64,000 nt of DNA, taken from positions 349,804-413,803 of the forward strand of contig DF820457.1 of NCBI GenBank assembly GCA_000739515.1, in the 5' to 3' direction. Source of the DNA: Candidatus Moduliflexus flocculans (GTDB taxonomy: Bacteria; Moduliflexota; Moduliflexia; Moduliflexales; Moduliflexaceae). Positions 51,589 through 60,436 of the stretch are shown here, one piece after another (within the stretch, counting starts at the first letter, position 1; every line of letters starts with the position of its first letter). The notes beneath the pieces were generated by a model, which worked only from the letters and a program-made list of their open reading frames with translations, was not told the DNA's origin and did not search any database. The position numbers were made by a program, and so were the translations under genes.

Positions 51589-51757
51589 GTAACTATTTAG
51601 CCCGTAGGGCTTGAGGTATTGTAGAAGAGCATTCCAGGAAACCTCTCTACCGCGTAGCGGTTGTGGACGCCGTATCGCCTACGGCGAATGGGGGCGTGTT
51701 GTGCATGTCCATTCTACAAGACCCTATCGCCTACGGCGAAAATAGCTAAATAGTTAC
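51589..51757. mobile_element. 169-bp MITE with 13-bp perfect terminal inverted repeats and an 8-bp target-site duplication
   Basis: GTAACTATTTAGC (51589-51601) and GCTAAATAGTTAC (51745-51757); GAGCAAAG at 51581-51588 and 51758-51765. Confidence 0.85.
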
Positions 51758-51799
51758 GAGCAAAGTTGTCAGACACCTTCAACGTGTCTGACAACTATT

Positions 51800-53170
51800 T
51801 TACGGGTTGTTGTCTTCCTCTGGCGCGTCGAGAAATTCCTGCACGCTCTGCATGATGTCGCCGGAATGATAAAACTCAAGAATTTTGCGATAAATGGACT
51901 CTTGAAATTCCAGACTTCCGGCATGGGTATGGAGTTTCTGCTGGTCGAACCAGCGTTTTTGAGGCAAGCGCACTAATTTGCGGCATAATGAATCCACGAC
52001 GGGATCGTTGAACGAGTATCGCAAAATCTGCAAGCGTTCTTTATCCGATTTAATCATGCCTCTGGTTTGCATTTCATGCCAGATTCCCGTATTTCGCAAT
52101 CCGACAAGATAGAGCGAAATGACGCTCTGCGAACATTGATATTGGCCGATAAATTTGACATTTTCGACAAAATCCTCTAACGTCATGTCGTAATGCGAAA
52201 ATAAGATCATATAGGCCAAAATTTTAACATCAGGAGCATATCGCTCGCGCAGCCGCATCATGGTCGTGAGCGCCTGCGCGTTTTTTTCCGGCGTCGTCCG
52301 GCGTCCGAGCAAATTCAGCAGATGCTGAGTATTCCCTTCAACACCCATTTCAATGGCGCACGGACGAATAATCTCGCTGCGAAAGAGATATTCCATTACT
52401 GCGGCATTCCGCAGGAAATCTTCTGGCCGCCCGACGATGGAGATGTGTACCGGCAGCTTTCGCGTTTCCAGTTCGCTGAATAATTCCTGGAGCAATTGCC
52501 CGTTCGCCGCAGCATTGGCATTTCCAAGATGAAAGGTGTCATATCCCTCGCGATACCAGGCTTCAATTTCGTCTGCGGCCTTCTTCGCGCTTTTAAAGCG
52601 CATGGTCGCCACGTCCTGGCAATAGTAGCAGCGCCCGTAGCAGCCGCGCGTTAATTCGATAAACACGATGCCCTGAACCACGACCAGCGTATTCGGGCGA
52701 GGTAATTCATCCAAATCCACGAATTCTGTCGGCGGGCGGACGATAATGCCGCGCTGAGAATCCCGGTACGCAATGCCGTCAATCGCATCAAATAATTCGG
52801 GCTGCTTGAAGGAGCGCAGCAGATTCAGCAGGCGTTTTTCCCCTTCTCGCAAAATCACGTAATCAACGTTGGGGTTCTCCCGCAGCATCATTTCCGGATC
52901 GGAGGTCGCCGCCCAGCCGCCCCAGATAATCGTTTTCTGCGAAAGGCGCTGCGTCAGTTCTTGCGCGGTCGCATACACATAATTCAGCACCGAAAACCCA
53001 AACACATCCGCTTGATCAATATAGTGATCAAGCTCGGAACTTGAAATGATTATGCTGTTGATGCCGTGCTGTTTCAAATACGGATCGAGAACCGCCAATC
53101 CGCTGTTGTTTGGCATCCAACTGTCAATATTCACGAAAATAATATCCGCTTTTTCTTGTGGCGCACACAT
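51800..53170 (-). CDS. Cobalamin-dependent radical SAM enzyme (class B methyltransferase-like)
   Basis: B12-binding-like N-terminus (GLAVL..YLKQHG, WGGWAAT, REGE); ELTRGCYGRCYYC. Confidence 0.82.
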   Translation of the reverse strand: MCAPQEKADIIFVNIDSWMPNNSGLAVLDPYLKQHGINSIIISSSELDHYIDQADVFGFSVLNYVYATAQELTQRLSQKTIIWGGWAATSDPEMMLRENPNVDYVILREGEKRLLNLLRSFKQPELFDAIDGIAYRDSQRGIIVRPPTEFVDLDELPRPNTLVVVQGIVFIELTRGCYGRCYYCQDVATMRFKSAKKAADEIEAWYREGYDTFHLGNANAAANGQLLQELFSELETRKLPVHISIVGRPEDFLRNAAVMEYLFRSEIIRPCAIEMGVEGNTQHLLNLLGRRTTPEKNAQALTTMMRLRERYAPDVKILAYMILFSHYDMTLEDFVENVKFIGQYQCSQSVISLYLVGLRNTGIWHEMQTRGMIKSDKERLQILRYSFNDPVVDSLCRKLVRLPQKRWFDQQKLHTHAGSLEFQESIYRKILEFYHSGDIMQSVQEFLDAPEEDNNP

Positions 53171-53212
53171 CGCTCTTTCCTTTTTGAAATTCCATTGCGG
53201 TTAGTTATGCCA

Positions 53213-54112
53213 TTACGCCAGGCCATGTTCGTTCAGTAGTTCCGGCAAATACGTCACTGTCAGCGGGAATTGCTCCTGAAGGTTGTTCAGCACCCGATTT
53301 TCAATCCACTGCCAATGTTCTGACGGCGTGTATCCACTGAAACGAGATCGGCAGATGTCAATCAGCGCGGGGCGAATATGCTGCTCCCGCACCCAGGCGG
53401 TCAGTTGGTCAATGCGCCGCTCGACTTCTGCTACCTCAAATTTGGGAGTTTCTGGAATCGGCCCCATTTGATACAGGTAATAATAACCGTCATCGCGCTC
53501 TTCTGCTCGCACAAAACCTCCGCAAATGCGAATCCGGTGATACGGATGGTCGTGAAATGCGCGATATTCGCGTTCTGTCACTTGCACTTCAAAGGTTTCG
53601 CCGGTTTGATAATCGCAGAAAAAGTAATCTAAATCAATGTCCAGAATCACAGTTTGAGAGGCCGAAATCGTTCGGTCTGGCGTGATATGATAGAGATTGG
53701 CGACTTTCCGGTCGGGATTCAGCAGCCCGGCCTGAAAGAGGTTTTCCGTGACAAAAAGGCGGCGGCCTTCGCCTTGCGCCGAAAACATATTTAACATCCG
53801 ATCTTTCCGCAAGCGATGATGTTCCCGCCGCATCCAGTAAATATCGCTGAACAGCCCTTGATAGACGGCGGGGAGAATAAAATCGCCGATGCCAAGATTG
53901 GTTCGCGTAAACAGCAGCGTGTCGCGCAAGTCCGTCCCGATCTCTTTCAGCGAACTTTTCAGCAGCGGAAGGTTCAGGTCGTCATGATCATCCACATGGA
54001 GCAGCGTGTTGCGGGTTGCTGGGATTAGCTGGTTCATAACCGCGTACCGCCAGATGAAAAAGGCTTCGTAATGCTCTTCCATAATAAAAGTCGGTATCAT
54101 ACTGTCCCCCAT
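53213..54112 (-). CDS. UPF0489-family peptide arginase (OspR-like, Arg to Orn)
   Basis: IPTFIMEEHYEAFFIW, LLHVDDHDD, ILDIDLDYFFC, CRSRFSGYTP; embedded in the RiPP operon. Confidence 0.72.
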   Translation of the reverse strand: MGDSMIPTFIMEEHYEAFFIWRYAVMNQLIPATRNTLLHVDDHDDLNLPLLKSSLKEIGTDLRDTLLFTRTNLGIGDFILPAVYQGLFSDIYWMRREHHRLRKDRMLNMFSAQGEGRRLFVTENLFQAGLLNPDRKVANLYHITPDRTISASQTVILDIDLDYFFCDYQTGETFEVQVTEREYRAFHDHPYHRIRICGGFVRAEERDDGYYYLYQMGPIPETPKFEVAEVERRIDQLTAWVREQHIRPALIDICRSRFSGYTPSEHWQWIENRVLNNLQEQFPLTVTYLPELLNEHGLA

Positions 54113-54130
54113 TTTTCCCTCGAGAAATTT

Positions 54131-55510
54131 TTAGTTCAGGCTCTCTTCCGGCGAATCGAGAAACCGCATAATGCGAGCGTGAATGTTTTCAGCCGCAGAA
54201 AATTCTACGATTTTCTCGTAAATCTGACTTTGGATGCGCTTATAACCCCAATAGATCGCGTGTTTCCCGGCGACTTGCCGAACGCTAAGCAAGGCGTGAA
54301 AATAGGAAGAAAATTTTTGGAAGAGCCGGTTAACGGTTTCATCCGTGAACGCATATTCCTGAATTTGCAAACCTTTATTGGAATTGGTAAGAAATCCTCT
54401 GGCGCGCATATCTTTCCAGACAGGCGTCATTGCCACGCCGTACAGGTTCATCGCCATCACATCTTTTGTGCAGCCATATTCTCCGATAAAACGAATGTTG
54501 GCGATTAATTCTTCCATAGTCATATCGTAGTGCGAAAACAAGATCATGTTCGCCAGAATTCGAGTGGTGGGGGAATATTTCTGCTGCAATTCTCTCAGGG
54601 CGGTGATCGCCTGATGATTGGTTGCAGGACTTCCTCTTCGCCCTAATAAATCGAGGAGGCGCTGCGTGTTGGCTTCAATACCGACTTCAATCGTGATGAG
54701 ACGCTGAGTCGGGTTTTTGAAAATGCGTTCAAGCGTGTCATAATTTCGCAGCACATCTTCCGGGCGACCAACTAAGCAGAATTCTATCGGCAAGCCGCGC
54801 GATTCCAACTCATCCATCAATGACCGTAGCAACGGACCATTCGCTAAAGAATTGGCGTTGCCAAGATAGAATTTCTTGAAGCCTTTCTGATGCCACGCCT
54901 GAATTTCATCAACGACTTTTATGGCATTTTTAAAGCGCATGTGGGAATTTTCCTGACAATAGCCGCATCTGCCGTAGCATCCCCGCGCCACCTCGACAAA
55001 CACGAGGTTATCCTGAACAGCCATCTCATTCGGCAGCGGCAGGTTATTCATATCCACAAACCCCTCTGGCGGGCGAACGCAAATTGTGTTCTGACCGTCT
55101 CGATACGCGATGCCATCAAGCGCGTCAAAGAGTTCTGGCTGTTTCAGCGAGCGCAGCAGGGTGACGAGTCGGCGCTCTCCTTCTTGCAGCACCACGTAAT
55201 CTACGCCCGGATTTTCTGTCAGAATATACTCTGGAAGCGCCGTTGCCGTCCAGCCGCCCCAAATGACTGTTTTATCCTGCAAGTGTTTTGTCAGGGTTTG
55301 CGCAATGCGATAGGTGTGATCCATGACGGAAATTCCGAATACATCCGCCTGATCAAGGTATTGGTTGATTTGAGAACTGTTGACGATCTGGCTTCTGAAG
55401 CCTGCCTGTTTCAACACCGGATCAAGAATCGCCAACGCGTTATTCATGGGAAACCAGTCGTCAATATGAATGAGAATAATATCCAATTTTCGATCAGTAT
55501 CGCGCATCAT
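54131..55510 (-). CDS. Cobalamin-dependent radical SAM enzyme, paralog of 51800-53170
   Basis: WGGWTATALP, QEGE, EVARGCYGRCGYC; start ATG 55510 after TAAGGTG. Confidence 0.82.
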   Translation of the reverse strand: MMRDTDRKLDIILIHIDDWFPMNNALAILDPVLKQAGFRSQIVNSSQINQYLDQADVFGISVMDHTYRIAQTLTKHLQDKTVIWGGWTATALPEYILTENPGVDYVVLQEGERRLVTLLRSLKQPELFDALDGIAYRDGQNTICVRPPEGFVDMNNLPLPNEMAVQDNLVFVEVARGCYGRCGYCQENSHMRFKNAIKVVDEIQAWHQKGFKKFYLGNANSLANGPLLRSLMDELESRGLPIEFCLVGRPEDVLRNYDTLERIFKNPTQRLITIEVGIEANTQRLLDLLGRRGSPATNHQAITALRELQQKYSPTTRILANMILFSHYDMTMEELIANIRFIGEYGCTKDVMAMNLYGVAMTPVWKDMRARGFLTNSNKGLQIQEYAFTDETVNRLFQKFSSYFHALLSVRQVAGKHAIYWGYKRIQSQIYEKIVEFSAAENIHARIMRFLDSPEESLN

Positions 55511-55512
55511 AA

Positions 55513-57852
55513 TCACCTTATATACGGCGGAAGCGCAAAACGCGCGATATATTCCGCATGGGTTTTGCACTGGTAGCGTGGATGGCAGGCAGCTCGCGCA
55601 GTGGTTTTGGGAAATGCATTCGCGGCGACTCCAAGCGCTGAGGTGGTCAACGCGGATAAAATCATCAACGATTTATCCTCATAATACGAAATGGCATGAT
55701 ACGTCTTGCCGACTGCCGCCACGCGCTCTCCATTCAATGCTTTGAGGTGAAGCAATGCGTGAAATGAGGATGGATCGTCTTCAAGCAGATCGCTTGAATA
55801 AAATGGAATTGGCGCGTCAGGCGTCGGATGCCTGTCAAGCTCATCTGCTATCCAGCACTGCGCCTGCGCGATTCTGTCGCTGTTAGCGCCAAGCGCGGCG
55901 AGCGTCAAAATCGCCAGCGCGGTGGAAAGCATTTGATCAAACTCGCCGAAAGCCCCGTCGTTTTGCTGACTGGCGCAGATTTCCTGCATGAGTTTGTTTC
56001 GCAGTTCATCCGCCTGATCGTCATGGCAGAGAGCCAGAGCGAGCGCCCAATCCGCCAAATACGGATTGGCGAAATACAATCCGCTCCGCTGCTCGAATCC
56101 ATCTGCAAGATACGTCAGCGATGTGCTGGGCGGCAAGCCGTGCCGCATCCTGTGCCAGCGCACGAGGCAAGTCGTGGCATAATCGGCCTGACACCAATGG
56201 CGGACATTCGGAGTGAACAGCATGAAATCAGGGCGTTGCTCCTGCGACCAGAGTTGCGGGTAATAGCCGTTCTGACCATCATGAAACCTCTCAAGCGCTT
56301 CAACCGCCTTCATGTCGTTCAGCCCGAGCAAAATCAGGGAAGAATCGGTGGCTGTGATGACATGGCCGGTATGAAACGCCCATAAATCTCCCTGCTTGCG
56401 TGTGGTAAGCAACTCTTCCAGAGACGAAAGCACGGCGGCAAGCTCGCCGTTTTGCTCGACAATCTGCCGCAATGCATATAAGAGAAAACCTAACGGCACA
56501 AGGTCGCCGTATGGAAACGGCTTTTGCGGCGCAGGCGGAATGCACATCATTGGAATCGGCTGTTGACAAGCTTTTTGCGCCAATGTCAACAGGCGCTGGA
56601 AATATTGTTTTGGCGGCGATGACAATTCAGTGCTGCGGCTCGTATCCTGAAGAAAGCGCCTGACATGCTGCGCAGTTTCCTGGCCGGATTTCACCGCAGC
56701 GTCCATGCCATAGGGAAACTCGCGATAGAGATAATCACCGGCAAGATAAATACCTGGCGCGGCGCACAAGACATCCGCGTTCCATGTCGCGTAACTTTCG
56801 GGCGTGATGATTGTTCCGCCGCATTCCCAGCGATGCGTTTCCGCAAAAAGCTGTTCAGCCCCGGCGATATTCAGCCCGACGCGCTCCATAGCGCATTTCG
56901 TCCGCGTGATCAGCTCATCATCCGGCAATTGCCGGGTTTCCTGCGACGCCCGATTGCAATAATAGACGAGAAGGACCGTTATCCGGCTTCCTGGAAACGT
57001 CATTTTGTAGATTGTGGTCATCGGTAGTTCTGGCGTCACAACGTAGGAAAATTCCTGATCGCAGATAATATCCTTATATCCGAGCGCGACGACTGTGAAT
57101 CGGCCATAACGAATGGAATGGAGAAACTGTCGGCATGGCTCGCGCATGTCTGAAAGCAGGGCGAGCGCAACCGGCGCGGGAGTCGCCACAATCACGGCGC
57201 GAGCGTATGTCTCATGGCGTGTTCCCTGCTGCGTGAATAAGACGCACATGCCGCGTTCTGTGCTCGTAATGGACTCAACCGCTGCCTCGTATTCGACGTG
57301 CGCCTGAATTCTCTGGCAATAAGCGTCAATCAGCCCATAATTTCCATCGGGATAATGTTGCGGATGATAACGCAAAAATGCGTGAGAGTGAAATGCGGGG
57401 AGATATTCTTCGATGTCGCCGGGATGAATGACCTGAAAGAACGCATTCAGCAGGTCGCGATGCTGCTGAGGCAGCCGGGCGGGGCTGAGTTTCCCATTTC
57501 CTGCGGCAAGCATGTTCGCGAACGCCGCTGATTCCGGCGGAACGATTGCGCTCAGGCATTCGGCGACCGATTCGCCGCGATAAAGCGCTCCGTCCCAAAA
57601 TACGCCAATAGGCGCAAGTTCTTCGAATGCTAACGGCGGCGAAAAATCGCGTGGAGCGCATTCGAGATCGTAGGACAACACTGCCCCGACATCATAACAA
57701 TGCGCTCCGAATTTCTGCGTGCGGATTCTCCCGCCGGGAATGGCCTCTTGTTCTAAGATCAGCGTGTTGCGATCTCGCAAATGATACGCAGCCGATAAGC
57801 CTGCCAACCCAGCGCCAATGATGATTGTCTCGAATGTTATTCCACTAACCAT
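55513..57852 (-). CDS. FAD-dependent amine-oxidase-type oxidoreductase fused to a squalene-cyclase/prenyltransferase-like alpha-alpha domain
   Basis: IIGAGLAGLSAA, GGRIRT, LAGDY..GMDAAVKSG in the first ~400 aa; helical C-terminal part with QW-like motif SQQNDGAFG. Confidence 0.7.
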   Translation of the reverse strand: MVSGITFETIIIGAGLAGLSAAYHLRDRNTLILEQEAIPGGRIRTQKFGAHCYDVGAVLSYDLECAPRDFSPPLAFEELAPIGVFWDGALYRGESVAECLSAIVPPESAAFANMLAAGNGKLSPARLPQQHRDLLNAFFQVIHPGDIEEYLPAFHSHAFLRYHPQHYPDGNYGLIDAYCQRIQAHVEYEAAVESITSTERGMCVLFTQQGTRHETYARAVIVATPAPVALALLSDMREPCRQFLHSIRYGRFTVVALGYKDIICDQEFSYVVTPELPMTTIYKMTFPGSRITVLLVYYCNRASQETRQLPDDELITRTKCAMERVGLNIAGAEQLFAETHRWECGGTIITPESYATWNADVLCAAPGIYLAGDYLYREFPYGMDAAVKSGQETAQHVRRFLQDTSRSTELSSPPKQYFQRLLTLAQKACQQPIPMMCIPPAPQKPFPYGDLVPLGFLLYALRQIVEQNGELAAVLSSLEELLTTRKQGDLWAFHTGHVITATDSSLILLGLNDMKAVEALERFHDGQNGYYPQLWSQEQRPDFMLFTPNVRHWCQADYATTCLVRWHRMRHGLPPSTSLTYLADGFEQRSGLYFANPYLADWALALALCHDDQADELRNKLMQEICASQQNDGAFGEFDQMLSTALAILTLAALGANSDRIAQAQCWIADELDRHPTPDAPIPFYSSDLLEDDPSSFHALLHLKALNGERVAAVGKTYHAISYYEDKSLMILSALTTSALGVAANAFPKTTARAACHPRYQCKTHAEYIARFALPPYIR

Positions 57853-58943
57853 GCGCCTCCCGCATTTTTCGAAAAGATGGCATTCGCGTTTAACCCCGGA
57901 TGGCTTAACGCTAAATACGCTTTGGCTTCTTTCGCCTGTCCGGACGTAATACTCAGCTTGATGTGATGAATTTTACGCAAAAGGAATTGATAGGCAATAC
58001 CTTCGGCGGGGCGCGGCCAATCTTTCGGAAAGTGCGTCATGCCTTGAAAATCCAGGATTCCCTGATATTTTGACGGAAGGCAGAGATGCATCGCCGCAGT
58101 TGCGTCGAGGAGCGGTATCCACTGTTTGGGATCATTTTCCAGCCAATTCATATAACATTCCACGCCGATTTTTTCCGCCGGTCCGTCCGGCATCAAATTG
58201 ATGTTCATCGCAAACGATTCCAGCCCTTGCGGCAACTGCCGCAAAATATCCGCGATGTTTTCCGGGTTTCCTTGCCAGCCAACCGCGCGAAGCCAGACAG
58301 GAATTTCCTCTGCCGTCAGCGGATACACGCACACTCGCAAGCCCGGGTTGGGTCTGGAAAGCATAATTCCAATTTGAAAGATGCGCGCCTCGCCGGGAAG
58401 TTCCTTGATCAGTGCATTTAGCGCGTCTTCATGATATATTGGATTTTCTAAGGCGCTTAATGCCTCGCAAATCAGGTGGGCATCCTGTTCTTTTTGGAGC
58501 GTTTTGGCATTCGGGCCGAAAAAAATGCACGGGCGGCTCAAAATCTCATCAGCCTGCGACGGGTCATCTATTGCGGCGGTGTCGAATTCTAACCAGAGAT
58601 TTCGAATGTGCGTGGAAAATGCATGATGCGGGTTTGCCCACAACGTTGCAAATCTGCGCAGATTCTTCCAGGCAGGCCATTGCGCGCATAAGGCATCTAA
58701 GGTTGAGGGCATCTCCCCGGCGAGGATATTCCGCCCCTGAGATTGACGTTTGATTTCAAAAAGAATATCCATTTTTGCGCTCGCTTCGCCGAGGCGGCAT
58801 TCAAAGCCCCAGAACGTCGCTAACTCAAACGGCAAACGCTCTGCCGCGAGCGCTAACAACGCATACCCTTCCGCGTCAACCAGGCTGTCAGGGAGCGAAG
58901 CTTTCGCCAATTCCAGCACAGAGAGCAGATTGGTCGTGATCAC
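57837..58943 (-). CDS. Putative ABBA-fold aromatic (Trp) prenyltransferase
   Basis: FECRLG, WLEFD, QIGIMLSR, KIGVECY, HHIKL..AKAYL: repeating beta-strand pattern with Arg/Lys/Tyr residues; GTG start overlaps the epimerase stop; fold assignment is inference. Confidence 0.55.
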   Translation of the reverse strand: MITTNLLSVLELAKASLPDSLVDAEGYALLALAAERLPFELATFWGFECRLGEASAKMDILFEIKRQSQGRNILAGEMPSTLDALCAQWPAWKNLRRFATLWANPHHAFSTHIRNLWLEFDTAAIDDPSQADEILSRPCIFFGPNAKTLQKEQDAHLICEALSALENPIYHEDALNALIKELPGEARIFQIGIMLSRPNPGLRVCVYPLTAEEIPVWLRAVGWQGNPENIADILRQLPQGLESFAMNINLMPDGPAEKIGVECYMNWLENDPKQWIPLLDATAAMHLCLPSKYQGILDFQGMTHFPKDWPRPAEGIAYQFLLRKIHHIKLSITSGQAKEAKAYLALSHPGLNANAIFSKNAGGAWLVE

Positions 58944-60436
58944 TGATACACCTCATCCAGCAGCCCATGATCGAATAAACTTTTTACCATCGCGACAACA
59001 GTGATCAAATTGAATTGGTTTGCGACCATTTCCTCTGTGAGCTCTTTATACGTGAATGCCTGTCTGGAAATTGCGTCGCCTAAGAACCGATGCGGCGCTT
59101 TTCCGCGAAAATGATGCACCTGATTCGGCGAGACTAAATCAAATCCCTCGTCTGTCGGGCGATAACGTAAATCGTCGCGGAAGCGCATCGGCATGTCGGC
59201 GCGTGGGGATTCCGGCATATTTCGGTCAATCAAGGATTCGATGGCCTTGCGGAAATCGGCGGCGTCAGTGAAGGAGGCGTTATCAAACACGCGATAACCG
59301 TAGGGCCATTTCGAACTGGAATAGCAGGGGCTGATCAATTGAATCGTCCGCGTGACGAAACTGACCATAAAACCGGACATGCACTCAATTGTCCCTTGCG
59401 GCACGACGCCGTTAAGATATTCTCCGTCCTCCTTGCCGCGCAAGCCGTCTTCCTCTTTCAACACGCGTCCGCTGGACACTTTCGGGCGCACATGCTCTTT
59501 CATCTGCATCAGCAAGTCCACGTCCAGCAGTTCTTCTGGGGAATATAATTCATGAATTTTGAACAGCGCCGCCTTTGAGAGAACGCTGATTCGTAAGGAG
59601 GCGGGAAACTTTCTTTCTTTGTAAAATGCGATCAATTGCCGCAGCCATGGCGCGTCCGTGCCGACTGCGGTGGAGGTAAATGGCGCAGCCCCGCAGATGT
59701 CGGTATAATCCCGCAGAAATTCAAAATAATGCGGATTATCATGCGGCTCTGTGCCGCAGTAGAGCATGGTTCTGCCGGTCTGCTCCGCGCCAAAAATATC
59801 TACGCACGCCTCAACAATAGAACGAAAAAACTCCTTGTGAATCGCATAATCGAGGTTATCGGTCAACTTCCGCGCCGCGAACGCGCAAAACCAACACCCC
59901 ACGCTGCATCCGTCGCTCAATTCAAATGATAGCACCGGATGGCTAATGTGATAGCCATAAATGCCTAATTCGCTGCGCGCGGAATGAACGCGGCGCTTGC
60001 GCCAGGCATCGAACGCGGGATTCGTTTCCACCGGCAGAACGCGATTCCGCAGCATGGCGTAGAGTTCCTCTTTCAGGGTGAGAAACCGCGCCCATAAATG
60101 GAATAAGGGATAGGCTGCGATGTCTTCAAGAATATTGGCAGGTAGTTCCTGCGTTTTCTTTGTGCGCACCGCTCTCATGAATTGCTGAACGCTCTCCGGC
60201 GATTTCCAGAGAATCGCGAGTTCATCGGGAGCGAAAGAAATGCCGATGCGCCGCAAGCGCTCACGCGCCTCCGGTCGGAACGTTCCTGCGTCAACCTCTC
60301 GGCAAAACTCGGGATCGCCTTCTGTCCATTCAAAGAACCGCTTGATCTGGGCTATCGTGGCGAGTTCTTGCTCGGAAAACGTCCCGAATAATTCTACGAC
60401 GTTGTGGCATGAATTCGAGGGTTGAGGATTCAGCAT
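58940..60436 (-). CDS. Radical SAM RiPP amino-acid epimerase (PoyD/OspD family)
   Basis: HPVLSFELSDGCSVGCWFCAF, TEPHDNPHY, GTIECMSGF, SPCYSSSKWPYGYR. Confidence 0.88.
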   Translation of the reverse strand: MLNPQPSNSCHNVVELFGTFSEQELATIAQIKRFFEWTEGDPEFCREVDAGTFRPEARERLRRIGISFAPDELAILWKSPESVQQFMRAVRTKKTQELPANILEDIAAYPLFHLWARFLTLKEELYAMLRNRVLPVETNPAFDAWRKRRVHSARSELGIYGYHISHPVLSFELSDGCSVGCWFCAFAARKLTDNLDYAIHKEFFRSIVEACVDIFGAEQTGRTMLYCGTEPHDNPHYFEFLRDYTDICGAAPFTSTAVGTDAPWLRQLIAFYKERKFPASLRISVLSKAALFKIHELYSPEELLDVDLLMQMKEHVRPKVSSGRVLKEEDGLRGKEDGEYLNGVVPQGTIECMSGFMVSFVTRTIQLISPCYSSSKWPYGYRVFDNASFTDAADFRKAIESLIDRNMPESPRADMPMRFRDDLRYRPTDEGFDLVSPNQVHHFRGKAPHRFLGDAISRQAFTYKELTEEMVANQFNLITVVAMVKSLFDHGLLDEVYQ

